This document shows, one piece after another, positions 28,910-37,594 of a stretch of 64,000 nt of DNA. The stretch covers positions 13,132 to 77,131 of the IMG/VR virus record IMGVR_UViG_3300030100_000603. The stretch is one strand, 5' to 3'. This DNA comes from a virus. Taxonomy: Duplodnaviria > Caudoviricetes. Position numbers and translations under genes: made by a program. The notes below the pieces were generated by a model. The model made no database searches and was not told the DNA's origin. It saw only the letters and a program-made list of their open reading frames with translations. How positions within the stretch are numbered: the stretch's first letter is position 1; the number at the start of each line of letters is the position of its first letter.

Positions 28910-29308
28910 TTATATCTCCATTTCAACTTGCATAGGCTCAAGACCAAGTTGTGCAATATGATCCTGAGCAGACTCCAACCGATCACCAAGTATTACCGCA
29001 ATCTTATCTGGCGATGCTTCACCTTGATTGATTGACAGTAATACTTGTGCGCGGGTTGCTGCTTCCAAATCCATATTGGGAGAATGATTTGGGGCAGTTA
29101 ATGGTTGTCCAGCCATCTGCGCAAAGATTGGTTTTGCGACAGTAGAGGCGACTGCGTACAGGTTGCCGCTGGCGTCCTGGTAGTGGGCCGTGCCGAAGGT
29201 CTGGTCGTCGGCACTGGATTCCCCGAGACATAGGGCGATCTGGTTGGCGTCGGGGATATGGGATTCGGGGACGGCGATGGTTGCTCTTTGCTGATAGTCG
29301 GTGGTCAT
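28910..29308 (-). CDS. Fibre-associated partner protein
   Basis: ATIAVPE....DANQIALCLG....D..TF...YQDASGNLYAVAS, a motif I recognise from genes following phage fibre genes. Confidence 0.55.
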   Translation of the reverse strand: MTTDYQQRATIAVPESHIPDANQIALCLGESSADDQTFGTAHYQDASGNLYAVASTVAKPIFAQMAGQPLTAPNHSPNMDLEAATRAQVLLSINQGEASPDKIAVILGDRLESAQDHIAQLGLEPMQVEMEI

Positions 29309-30093
29309 AGCGTGACTCCTGCGAGTTTGGCGAGGTAGGCTTCCGTGTCCGATAACACGCTCGAACCGAAACCGCCTTCCCTGTAAGCGATCCCGTATAT
29401 GTTATTGGTAAAGTTGATACTCTTAGTACCACCTGTCGCGCCGATCACCAGTCCGTCCAGCGCAGCCGATCCGACGGAGCCGTCTGACTGGACGCCATCC
29501 ACGCGCAGATATGACTCGCCGGTATTAGCTAATGCTGTAGCAACGGCATTAGTATTCAGCACATATCCACTGTTAGCGATGCCACCGGTACCAACATAGA
29601 AACGTAGCCCAGAAACTGTGGCAATAGAGCCGTCATTATTACCTGTTGCCCCGTCCAGCAAGAACCTTGTGCCCGACGGCTCATTGAACGCTATCGACAA
29701 TCCGTAGGGTTGCGGTAGAAAGAGGGATGCCGCGATCATGTAATCATCTACCCCATCACCTTCCAACCAATGCCGCACTCCATCCGTGCGATACAGCGGG
29801 CGGGCGGCGCTAGTGGACTGGCTGGCGTGGTTGTCATTGCCGCTCACATCCAGCATCAACCCCGCCGGGTCACCGTCCGCCACTACCGGCACCGTCCCGG
29901 CAGCATCCTGATAGAGCACCTGCTGGCCGAGCACCTGGGGCTTCGGGATGTACATGGCCCCGGCCTCGCCGTTGCCGAACAAAGCTTCAATCAACGGTTC
30001 TAGTTCACCGTAAAGAGCACCACCATGATAAACGGCATTCAATGCTTTTGCGAGTGGTGAATAAGCTGGTCTTGAAACACTTCCTGTAATCAT
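29305..30093 (-). CDS. LamG/lectin-like virion protein
   Basis: LYQDAAGTVPV..DGDP.GL..D.SGN.NHA.Q.T...RP.Y......LEGDGVDD; GC-rich. Confidence 0.65.
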   Translation of the reverse strand: MITGSVSRPAYSPLAKALNAVYHGGALYGELEPLIEALFGNGEAGAMYIPKPQVLGQQVLYQDAAGTVPVVADGDPAGLMLDVSGNDNHASQSTSAARPLYRTDGVRHWLEGDGVDDYMIAASLFLPQPYGLSIAFNEPSGTRFLLDGATGNNDGSIATVSGLRFYVGTGGIANSGYVLNTNAVATALANTGESYLRVDGVQSDGSVGSAALDGLVIGATGGTKSINFTNNIYGIAYREGGFGSSVLSDTEAYLAKLAGVTL

Positions 30094-30108
30094 TTATTCA
30101 TCCCCACA

Positions 30109-30384
30109 TTAATCTGTAACATAATAACTAACATCTGTCGCACCAATTACAATCAACCGGACGTTTGCACCAGAAAATACTTTAACCGTTTGTGCAGCCG
30201 GTGATGTAAATAGAAGTTCAGGAAAAGCAGTCCATGTACCATCAGGCATTTGGATTTCAACCTGAATCTCACCGCTACCAAAAGTACCCCAAAGATATAA
30301 GCGAACTTCTTCGCCACCACCTGAACCAATGGGGCCTAATACTGAGCTTGTTTCACTTGTGACATTATATCCTGAAATAGCCAT
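30109..30384 (-). CDS. Small beta-rich virion protein, paralog
   Basis: LGPI...VRLYLWGTFGSGEIQVEIQMPDGTW.AFPELLFT. Confidence 0.65.
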   Translation of the reverse strand: MAISGYNVTSETSSVLGPIGSGGGEEVRLYLWGTFGSGEIQVEIQMPDGTWTAFPELLFTSPAAQTVKVFSGANVRLIVIGATDVSYYVTD

Positions 30385-30405
30385 TAATGACCCCTTGATT
30401 CTTTA

Positions 30406-30699
30406 TCAGTTATCAACAAATACATTCACGGAAGTTGTATCAGTTACAACAACACGAACAACTGCACCATTAAAGAGTGATATTTCCTGTGCGGTATTAC
30501 CTGTGAATGTGAGGTCAGGAAAACTTACCCAACTATCATCGGGCATCCTGACTTCAATCTTTACGTCTCCACCACCAAAATCACCCCACACGAGAAATTT
30601 AATACTCGGAGGATAATAGTCGGTGGATGCTCGCTTACCAATTGGTCCGATGGCAGAACTAGTGTAGCTGCTCTGACCTGTTACATACAAAAGTGACAT
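30406..30699 (-). CDS. Small beta-rich virion protein, paralog
   Basis: IGPI...IKFLVWGDFGGGDVKIEVRMPDDSWVSFPDLTFT. Confidence 0.65.
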   Translation of the reverse strand: MSLLYVTGQSSYTSSAIGPIGKRASTDYYPPSIKFLVWGDFGGGDVKIEVRMPDDSWVSFPDLTFTGNTAQEISLFNGAVVRVVVTDTTSVNVFVDN

Positions 30700-30786
30700 T
30701 GTTAATCATTCTCCCTATTGACTTTCATCATAACCGGGATATTGTGTAAATCCGGGTTCTCTAACTTGGAATGGGTTATGCATATC

Positions 30787-31000
30787 TTAATTACCGTTAG
30801 GTGCAATCGGACCCTCATACACACTCAAGAAGTACAATACTTCACCAGAAACAGAACCATTGTTTATAAATCTAGCCAAGATGGTTGCGTTTGGAGGAAT
30901 GATCTTCTCGAAACCACTCGACGCAAAGGCACCAACTGTTCTGTTACCCGAACCTTCCTGACAAGGTATCCATTGCCCTTCGTTTCCAAAAGTCAGTCAT
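30787..31000 (-). pseudogene. Frameshifted ~70-aa ORF
   Basis: RBS AAAGGAAA and ATG ACT GAC TTT T; removing one T from the T4 run (30988-30991) gives a 70-aa ORF, MTDFGNEGQWIPC...VYEGPIAPNGN*. Confidence 0.45.
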
Positions 31001-31017
31001 AACTGTTTCCTTTACAT

Positions 31018-31058
31018 AATAAAAAAGGCAAGCGGTCGTGGGGGAACCATTGCTTGCC
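31018..31058 (-). terminator. Rho-independent terminator after the capsid operon
   Basis: GGCAAGC...GCTTGCC stem followed by TTTTTT. Confidence 0.7.
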
Positions 31059-31088
31059 AGAAACTAGTAAGACCCCACATTTTAGAAA

Positions 31089-31442
31089 TTAAATATCGGT
31101 AGGCTCATCAGTGTGAGATGTTTGAGGTGAAGGTGTTGCGGGCTTCTTCTTTTTACGACCACGTTTACTAGAAGTAGAAGTGGTGGGGGTAGTAGAAGAA
31201 GTTTCAGTTTTTGCAGAAGTAGATGTACTAAATTCTTCTTTCTTGGCTGGTGTCGAAACCTCTGAAACAGTTTCTTCTTGCTTAATTCGTCCTGCTACAA
31301 AGTGACGAAAAAGAGCTTTTGTCTTACCAACTTTAGTACGGGGAGCGTAAACGTCACCTTCGACATATTTACGCCCACCCTCATGAAAAGTTTTGGTAAC
31401 ACGGAACTGTTTAGAGGGATCAAAGTTCTTATGTAGAGCCAT
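31089..31442 (-). CDS. Hypothetical protein after the capsid gene
   Basis: Intact ORF with RBS; Ser/Thr/Lys-rich tail. Confidence 0.65.
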   Translation of the reverse strand: MALHKNFDPSKQFRVTKTFHEGGRKYVEGDVYAPRTKVGKTKALFRHFVAGRIKQEETVSEVSTPAKKEEFSTSTSAKTETSSTTPTTSTSSKRGRKKKKPATPSPQTSHTDEPTDI

Positions 31443-31460
31443 TTAATCCCTCCTTATTTA

Positions 31461-32465
31461 TCAGCTAGAAGAAATAACTGAATGCCAGTAGGTGCCGAGA
31501 GTATCGGACACAACTTTCATGTCGTAAGAAGTAGCAACCTCAAGGTAAGTACCACCACCTTCACGCATAGTACGCTCTTCACGACGAACAGCAGTACCAC
31601 CAAAGCCAGACAGGTAGTTCCAGCTAAAGATATAGCCGGGAGAAGCTGTCATCAGGCCGGGGCTGGACGGACGATACGCCAGGAACGCTTCGTTCTGGAA
31701 GATGTAGCTCGGAGTAGCAGCAGCACCTTCGTTGGCGGTATTCTCGACGGCATCCAGAACCACAACGCTGTCCACTTCGAACAGGGCGGCAAGGTGCTGA
31801 CGAGACAGACGAGCCGGTTCACTACCAGCGATGTAGATGATACGCTCGATCAGAGCAGGATGCTCGACCAGAACGCTAAACACATCACGAGAGATAGCGA
31901 AGATGTTCGGACGCTGACCATAGTTGGCAACAGCCAGAGCATCAGCGGAAGCACGAACGTCACCAATCGGATCAGAGTTGGTGTAGTCGTCCCACTGAAT
32001 AAACTGAGCGCCAGTCGGGTTGGAAGCAACACCTTGCTTGTCCACAGCCCAAACACCAGTCTTCATGTAGTTGGACTTGAACTGCTTCTCACGATGGATC
32101 AGAGCGTGTTGGGTCAGCATCATTGTGCTGTCACGCAGAAGATCAAACGGAGCAGTGGCGTTAGCCATAGCAGCCGGACCAATGATGGTAGCTTCTTTGT
32201 AAGTCTCGCAGAAGTAAGAGTCTTCCCCTTTACCCCAGCCAGCCAGCGGAGCCGGAGAACCGTCAGCGGTAGCACGCATTTCGGTCTTGTTGAAGTCACC
32301 GCTGTTGTAAGTGACATACTTGCCAGCTTGCAGGTTAACGGGTACAGTCGGGAACATCTGACCAGCAACAAACACGCTCGGATCATTCAGTTGCAGAATC
32401 GAGATGTTAGTGAGGCGCTGGTCCGCATCAAGAATTTGATACTGAGTCGGTTGAGAAATAGGCAT
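31461..32465 (-). CDS. Major capsid protein
   Basis: DQRLTNISI, FPTVPV, REKQF, PIGDV, RPN...I..DVF..L..HP motifs (lambda E-like); strongly optimised codon use. Confidence 0.9.
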   Translation of the reverse strand: MPISQPTQYQILDADQRLTNISILQLNDPSVFVAGQMFPTVPVNLQAGKYVTYNSGDFNKTEMRATADGSPAPLAGWGKGEDSYFCETYKEATIIGPAAMANATAPFDLLRDSTMMLTQHALIHREKQFKSNYMKTGVWAVDKQGVASNPTGAQFIQWDDYTNSDPIGDVRASADALAVANYGQRPNIFAISRDVFSVLVEHPALIERIIYIAGSEPARLSRQHLAALFEVDSVVVLDAVENTANEGAAATPSYIFQNEAFLAYRPSSPGLMTASPGYIFSWNYLSGFGGTAVRREERTMREGGGTYLEVATSYDMKVVSDTLGTYWHSVISSS

Positions 32466-32499
32466 ATCTATTAGCTCCTAATTAAATTAATAAGATGGA

Positions 32500-32880
32500 T
32501 TAACTAGCGGCGTAGCTATCAGCACCGTAGAAGTACATGGTGAAGATTTCGCCTTGAGCGCCAGCTTCAGTGATTGCCTTACCAACCACGATATCGGAAG
32601 TGGTAGCAGTAACGAATTGACCGTTAGCATCCACAGCAATTTCATCACCAGCAGTAACGGAATCACCGGCAGAAGCCTTGGTGACACCCTTCAGGACCAG
32701 ACGAACGGAAATGCCAGCGGGCGCATCAGTATGAACCACGGCATCAATACGGCCACCAGCAGAACCAGCAAGATCAACAGACTCACCAGTAAGGATAGCA
32801 CCCTTGAACAGATCACCAGTGAAATCGCTGGCAGCAATAGCCTGACCGAAATCAACTTGAGAAATAGTGTTATAAGCCAT
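32500..32880 (-). CDS. Capsid decoration / cement protein (DUF2190-like)
   Basis: GV.KASAGDSVTAGDEIAVDANGQFV...VGKAI..AGA.GE; directly upstream of the capsid gene. Confidence 0.8.
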   Translation of the reverse strand: MAYNTISQVDFGQAIAASDFTGDLFKGAILTGESVDLAGSAGGRIDAVVHTDAPAGISVRLVLKGVTKASAGDSVTAGDEIAVDANGQFVTATTSDIVVGKAITEAGAQGEIFTMYFYGADSYAAS

Positions 32881-32927
32881 TATGTATAACTCCTAATTGG
32901 ATTAAAAAGTATTAAATGAAGTACCGA

Positions 32928-34028
32928 TTAGAAGCGGTATTCTTCAGCGAACAGTTCAGGCTGCTCACGCTGGACAATATCCAGAGCCTTCAGATAGTCC
33001 ACGGAATGGGCTTCTTTGGCTTTCTCGATAGCGGCATCCAGCTTGGAACCGGAAGGTTGATCGTCGGTCTTAGCTTTACCGATTTCTTCCAGCATATCAC
33101 CCTTGGTAGCGGTATCACGATAGGCTTCGAAAGCCTTAACGAGAGCTTCACAACCCTCAGTTTCTTCAGCAATACGCAGAGCCTTGGCGAGTTCTTCAGC
33201 CGGATTCTCTTCGGTAACGACCAGGGTATGTTCCTTGGCCTTAGCGAGATAATGCTCTTCCTTACGACGCTCTTCAGCAGCCTTCAGGACAGCAACAGTC
33301 TCGTTCACTTCTTTGAAAGACTTCTCAAGATCGGCCTTTTCCTGCTTAGCTTTTTCAGCATCTTCTTTGGCCTTTTCAAGCTCAGCCAGTTGCTCACGAG
33401 CTTTTTCCAGTTCAATCTCGACTTCGCTCTTCTGGATATCAGCTTCTTTAGTCATTTGAGTTTCCTCTTGTTTAACGTTAGTTTCATCTTCAGTATTTAC
33501 TTCCCCACCTTTCTCTACTGAAGATGAGGAACCTTTAGGGGTTTCCCCCAAAGACTTTTCAACAAAGTATTTTTCATCAAAGCTGTTGAAGTTCTCAATG
33601 AATTCTTCAGCCTGACGGATACGTTCTTCACGACCAGTTTCATCACTATTTGAATCAATGCTGGTTACTTTATCCATATTACTTTGGACCATTTCACGGA
33701 AGGAAGTAATATCGTCTTCCACTTCGTAAATGTCTTCGTAACTGTAACCAAGCATCCCGGCGATAGTTTCAGCAGCGTCAATATCGACGTAAAGATAACG
33801 GGTAAGAAATTCCATCAGCGGAAGTTTCAGGTTGACATTTACAGCCTTTTGAATTTCTTCGTCGGGGGCATGGTCAGTAACACCGTTGGTTGCTTTGGTA
33901 ATCAAAGTGGTATGTTGATTAGCGGCGCCCCCAACGGAAGGTCCAACCAACGCACAATGAGAACCGTTATAATCAAAATCGAATTTTTTAATTCGACGCT
34001 TGGCTTTAACTTCTTGTGGTTTTGTCAT
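32928..34028 (-). CDS. Prohead scaffold / core protein
   Basis: HCALVG..VGGAAN N-terminus, E/K/A-rich coiled coil, ELFAEEY end. Confidence 0.75.
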   Translation of the reverse strand: MTKPQEVKAKRRIKKFDFDYNGSHCALVGPSVGGAANQHTTLITKATNGVTDHAPDEEIQKAVNVNLKLPLMEFLTRYLYVDIDAAETIAGMLGYSYEDIYEVEDDITSFREMVQSNMDKVTSIDSNSDETGREERIRQAEEFIENFNSFDEKYFVEKSLGETPKGSSSSVEKGGEVNTEDETNVKQEETQMTKEADIQKSEVEIELEKAREQLAELEKAKEDAEKAKQEKADLEKSFKEVNETVAVLKAAEERRKEEHYLAKAKEHTLVVTEENPAEELAKALRIAEETEGCEALVKAFEAYRDTATKGDMLEEIGKAKTDDQPSGSKLDAAIEKAKEAHSVDYLKALDIVQREQPELFAEEYRF

Positions 34029-34486
34029 AGGTCTTCCACCTGTCCTCTACACCCAATGCTTACACCGTTTATTTCACCAGACTTAACCATTTCCCAAAGT
34101 TTATCTGATGCCTCATCACCTTCTGGGAAGTGCCACCACTGTAACCATGTACCTTTCTTAATGTGGCGTCCGTCTTCTGTTTTAAAGTCAGACGGTGAAA
34201 TAAAAGACTGCACAATCTTGGCATTTTCTGTTTCAACTTTATGAAACAGGTTTGCTTTCATTGAGTGTTGATTAAAAGAAATACATGCCTTCTCAATCTC
34301 ATCGGCAGTATACGTATCACCATGAGCATCAGTGGTTGAATCACCATCTTGTGGTTCTAACACAACAAACATGGCCATACGTTGTTCTGTATCAACAGCT
34401 TTGGTTACCTCAGTCTCTTGGGAAGATGGTCCACCAAAATGTTTTTCTACCAGTTCTATAATACTTTGTGTAAAGTTTTCAGTCAT
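34025..34486 (-). CDS. XkdF-like prohead serine protease
   Basis: VVLEP....TDAHGD.YTADEIEKA...F...H...IVQSFI...GTWL...W..VKSGEINGVSIG. Confidence 0.82.
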   Translation of the reverse strand: MTENFTQSIIELVEKHFGGPSSQETEVTKAVDTEQRMAMFVVLEPQDGDSTTDAHGDTYTADEIEKACISFNQHSMKANLFHKVETENAKIVQSFISPSDFKTEDGRHIKKGTWLQWWHFPEGDEASDKLWEMVKSGEINGVSIGCRGQVEDL

Positions 34487-34489
34487 GTG

Positions 34490-35092
34490 TCATAACCCCA
34501 AATAGTATTCAGTGAATGGTTCAAACTTATTATGTTTACTATAATTAACCCTAGCCGGTAATATCTGAAGATTCTGTGGTGCATGTAACCCACACACCTT
34601 ATCATTATTTAAAGGAATTATGTGGTCTACATTCACTTTAGTATCCAAGGGGTCATCAGAAACCACACACTGTTCCAGCTTAACTTCGAGCATTTTCGCC
34701 TCTAAGAATATCTCATTAATTTCTTCACTGAATACCGGGTGCGAAGATGCCTTTTTGAGAAACCGTCTTTTACTTTCATTAGCTGCTTTTTGTGCTCTCC
34801 GTGCTGCTAGTTTTTCACCACCAATATCATAAAGCTCTTTGCGATGCTTCTTTACATATTCCGCCCTTTTAACCTTACTTTCAGGAGTATTGCGCCTAGC
34901 CCTTTCTTTGGCATTTCTAGCTTCACGGAATTCATTATCAGACATTGCATCCAAATATTGCAATCTCTTACATTCTACACAAGTACCATTATTAGTGTAT
35001 CTGGGTGAAAAATGTCCATCCCGGCAAGGTTTACCAGTAAAATACTTTTTAGCACCTAATTTTATTGCGTCTTTTCTACTAATAATATCCAT
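34490..35092 (-). mobile_element. Free-standing HNH homing endonuclease
   Basis: SRKDAI..G.KKYFTGKPCRDGH.SPRYT..G.CVEC; VDHIIPL....VCGLHAP.NLQILPA..N.SK.NK. Confidence 0.85.
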
Positions 35093-35093
35093 A

Positions 35094-35169
35094 CAACCCC
35101 CATCTAGGTTAAATAGATGAACCTAGTTTATGAGATGGCATGAACAGGGGAGCTACCCTTTTCGGTTCA
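35094..35169 (-). ncRNA. Candidate structured cis-regulatory RNA, copy 2, 5' of an HNH gene
   Basis: TGAACC/GGTTCA closing stem, GGG-TAGCT-CCC, ATG-N6-CAT, then AACC/GGTT over the RBS; covaries with copy 1. Confidence 0.6.
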
Positions 35170-35174
35170 AACTT

Positions 35175-36008
35175 TTAAACACGCTTTACAATTCTCACAG
35201 ACGAACGACAACTGTGTAACGGTGGGAATGCTGGTGGGTAAGGTCTACCATTTGGAAACACACCACCAATTTCCGCAGTGGTTAAATGCGAAGACAGGCA
35301 AACATCAGTAGTATTACCATCCACCACACTAACCCAAAGCTTAACATACTGTGATGGATCAAGTTGCCCATCATTTACAGCAGCAGTCCACGCGATTTCT
35401 TTTGAGCCTTCAACAACCTCAGTACCAACCAGATTGGCAAACAATCTAATACGCCATTCAACAAGACGATCAATTCGTGATTGAACCTGTCTTTCAATTG
35501 ACGCTTGGGAAGTACCACTTGCTCTCATGGCATCTTCCATATTCAAGATTGTTTGTAAGTGGTTTGGGGTTAAACCGTAATAACGTTTGAATGCATCAAA
35601 CAGTTGTTTATCAGTCCAACCCTTTTCCTGAGCAACCTGTTGAAGTTTTACCCACATTCGTTCATTGGTATCCATGATCTCATCAATGTTATCTTGGAAT
35701 ACTTGCCGAACGAATGCTTGTAGTCGCGGGCTTGTCTGATCGAACAGTATGTCACCGAGGGAGAGTTCACGTTTAGTTCGATCCAAGCCCGTCTGCAAAG
35801 CGGTAGAAGAAATATCGTAAAGGAAGGGCATTACCCTAGAAACTTCAGACCTAAAACGATCCTGCACAGTCTGGAATGATTGCCTTGTAAAGTTTTCGAT
35901 TCGAGGTGCCTGCACAAAGGCCAAAGCCAAAAGTGCAAGCAATTCTTCCTCAACCGAATCTTCAAGTTCATTCTCTTCACTAAAAGGAGAAGGTTCGGCC
36001 ATTGTCAC
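35175..36008 (-). CDS. Head morphogenesis protein (Mu gpF-like)
   Basis: C-terminal K.W..V.DGNT...C...PP.H..CRS. Confidence 0.8.
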   Translation of the reverse strand: MTMAEPSPFSEENELEDSVEEELLALLALAFVQAPRIENFTRQSFQTVQDRFRSEVSRVMPFLYDISSTALQTGLDRTKRELSLGDILFDQTSPRLQAFVRQVFQDNIDEIMDTNERMWVKLQQVAQEKGWTDKQLFDAFKRYYGLTPNHLQTILNMEDAMRASGTSQASIERQVQSRIDRLVEWRIRLFANLVGTEVVEGSKEIAWTAAVNDGQLDPSQYVKLWVSVVDGNTTDVCLSSHLTTAEIGGVFPNGRPYPPAFPPLHSCRSSVRIVKRV

Positions 36009-36015
36009 TCCCCCA

Positions 36016-37470
36016 TTATGTGTCAGGAATTAAGTTGAAAGATTTGGTGAAAGTGTTTTCATTTTCACCCTCACCGTTACCTTCCTCATTAGTCGTTTCA
36101 TCCATTGGATTTTGGACAGAGAACATTTCACTTCGCTGTCTCGCCCTTTGCATTACAGAATCTTCACCAGAGGCTTTAAGTTCATCGAAGCCAGCAAGTC
36201 CACGCAGATCATTCTCAATACCATCATCAGGAGTAATGAAACCAGCCTCAGATGCTTTCTTGAGGAAGTCAGCCAGATCGGGCAGATGTGCTTTCTCGAT
36301 CCCACTGTGAACCATCTTTGGAGTTTTGGTCGGGTCTTTACCGTTCAGTTCGAACAGAAGAGGAATAGCCTTCTCATTGAACTGGTCAGCGATGGTATCC
36401 AAATAACTCTCAATTGCAATCTTGAAGATGTCAGCTTTTGTGGATGCGAGAGAGTAACTACCTACAGACTGACCACCAACCAGAAGAACATCAGCACAAA
36501 TTGATTGCAGGATACGTCGATCATATCTTTCAATCACAGGTCCGGTTTGAACTTGCCTGGCACCAGATGAACTCAAAAGTTCAATATCATAAACCTTGTC
36601 ACCAGTACCAGCTTCACCCCAAACGTTACTTGGGAGCATTACGAACGCCTGTTCATTACGCTTAACCATTGAACCCATGCGTTCAAGATAAGACCTTAAC
36701 GCCTTTTCACTCTCATCAGCATCATCGCGCAAAATCTCGTCTGGAACCCTCAACACAGGGATACCACTAAGATCACGTTCAACACCAATCGCTTCCTGAA
36801 TCTCAATGTTCTTTCTCAGGTAGTACGAACGATACGCTGAACGAAGTACGGAAAGACCGCGAGGGTTATCCTTGTATGCGTTTGTACGGAACAACAGGAA
36901 ACGATCTTCAGGAATCCAAACGTCAATACCGTTGTACGGATCATGCTGACGAATTCTTTCCAGATCACCCCTTGGTGTAATATCCCAATCCTCAATCGTA
37001 TCTTGTGAGCGAATCGGGAACTTGCGCCAACCGTACATACCATCTTGATATTTCGAACGATAACGCTTATCTTTAACTAGACCTTGACGCTTCTTGTAAA
37101 CAATCTCATGGACACTAAAGCCATAAGTAAGAAACGAAAGGATATCTGTGAGGACTTCGCTGAATGGTTTATCAAGATCACCTAGACATTCTTCAACGAA
37201 GCGAGCATCCTCTGCTGCGCTGGCAGGCTTATTCGGACCAGAGTATTCTTCAACTTTCCAACGAGATGAACGGATAAACTGTCGAATGGCGAACAATGCG
37301 CCAGCAATCAACGAATCACTTTCCATCTCTTTAAAAACTTTGACGCAACGGGGCCATTGAAGATCACGAATGATTGTTTCTTCGGAAATGTCTCCGCCGC
37401 TATGTCTCAGCCCTGTACCACCAAGTTCAGCAAGGGTTCTTTTCATTGACGAGTTTTCAGGTGTTGCCAT
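36016..37470 (-). CDS. Portal protein (DUF935-like)
   Basis: ELGGTGL, L.YGFSVHE.VY, DNPRG.S.LR.AY, EAIGVERDL.G.P, G.VGSYSLA; directly after terminase. Confidence 0.9.
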   Translation of the reverse strand: MATPENSSMKRTLAELGGTGLRHSGGDISEETIIRDLQWPRCVKVFKEMESDSLIAGALFAIRQFIRSSRWKVEEYSGPNKPASAAEDARFVEECLGDLDKPFSEVLTDILSFLTYGFSVHEIVYKKRQGLVKDKRYRSKYQDGMYGWRKFPIRSQDTIEDWDITPRGDLERIRQHDPYNGIDVWIPEDRFLLFRTNAYKDNPRGLSVLRSAYRSYYLRKNIEIQEAIGVERDLSGIPVLRVPDEILRDDADESEKALRSYLERMGSMVKRNEQAFVMLPSNVWGEAGTGDKVYDIELLSSSGARQVQTGPVIERYDRRILQSICADVLLVGGQSVGSYSLASTKADIFKIAIESYLDTIADQFNEKAIPLLFELNGKDPTKTPKMVHSGIEKAHLPDLADFLKKASEAGFITPDDGIENDLRGLAGFDELKASGEDSVMQRARQRSEMFSVQNPMDETTNEEGNGEGENENTFTKSFNLIPDT

Positions 37471-37544
37471 ATAAACCCCTTAAATTTGCTGTATTAGACT
37501 TATTGGTGATTGACAAGGAATTATCTTCTTTATTTCTATGCAGT

Positions 37545-37574
37545 AGAATAACAGCATTAGTAATCCCTTGTCAA
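37545..37574 (-). promoter_or_regulatory. sigma70-like promoter upstream of portal
   Basis: TTGACA-N18-TATTCT in the terL-portal gap. Confidence 0.5.
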
Positions 37575-37594
37575 CACTTATTGTAAATATTTCT

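Noticed and set aside
31482-32474. 330-aa ORF on the + strand
   Set aside because: Antisense shadow of the codon-biased major capsid gene; no RBS and no recognisable family.
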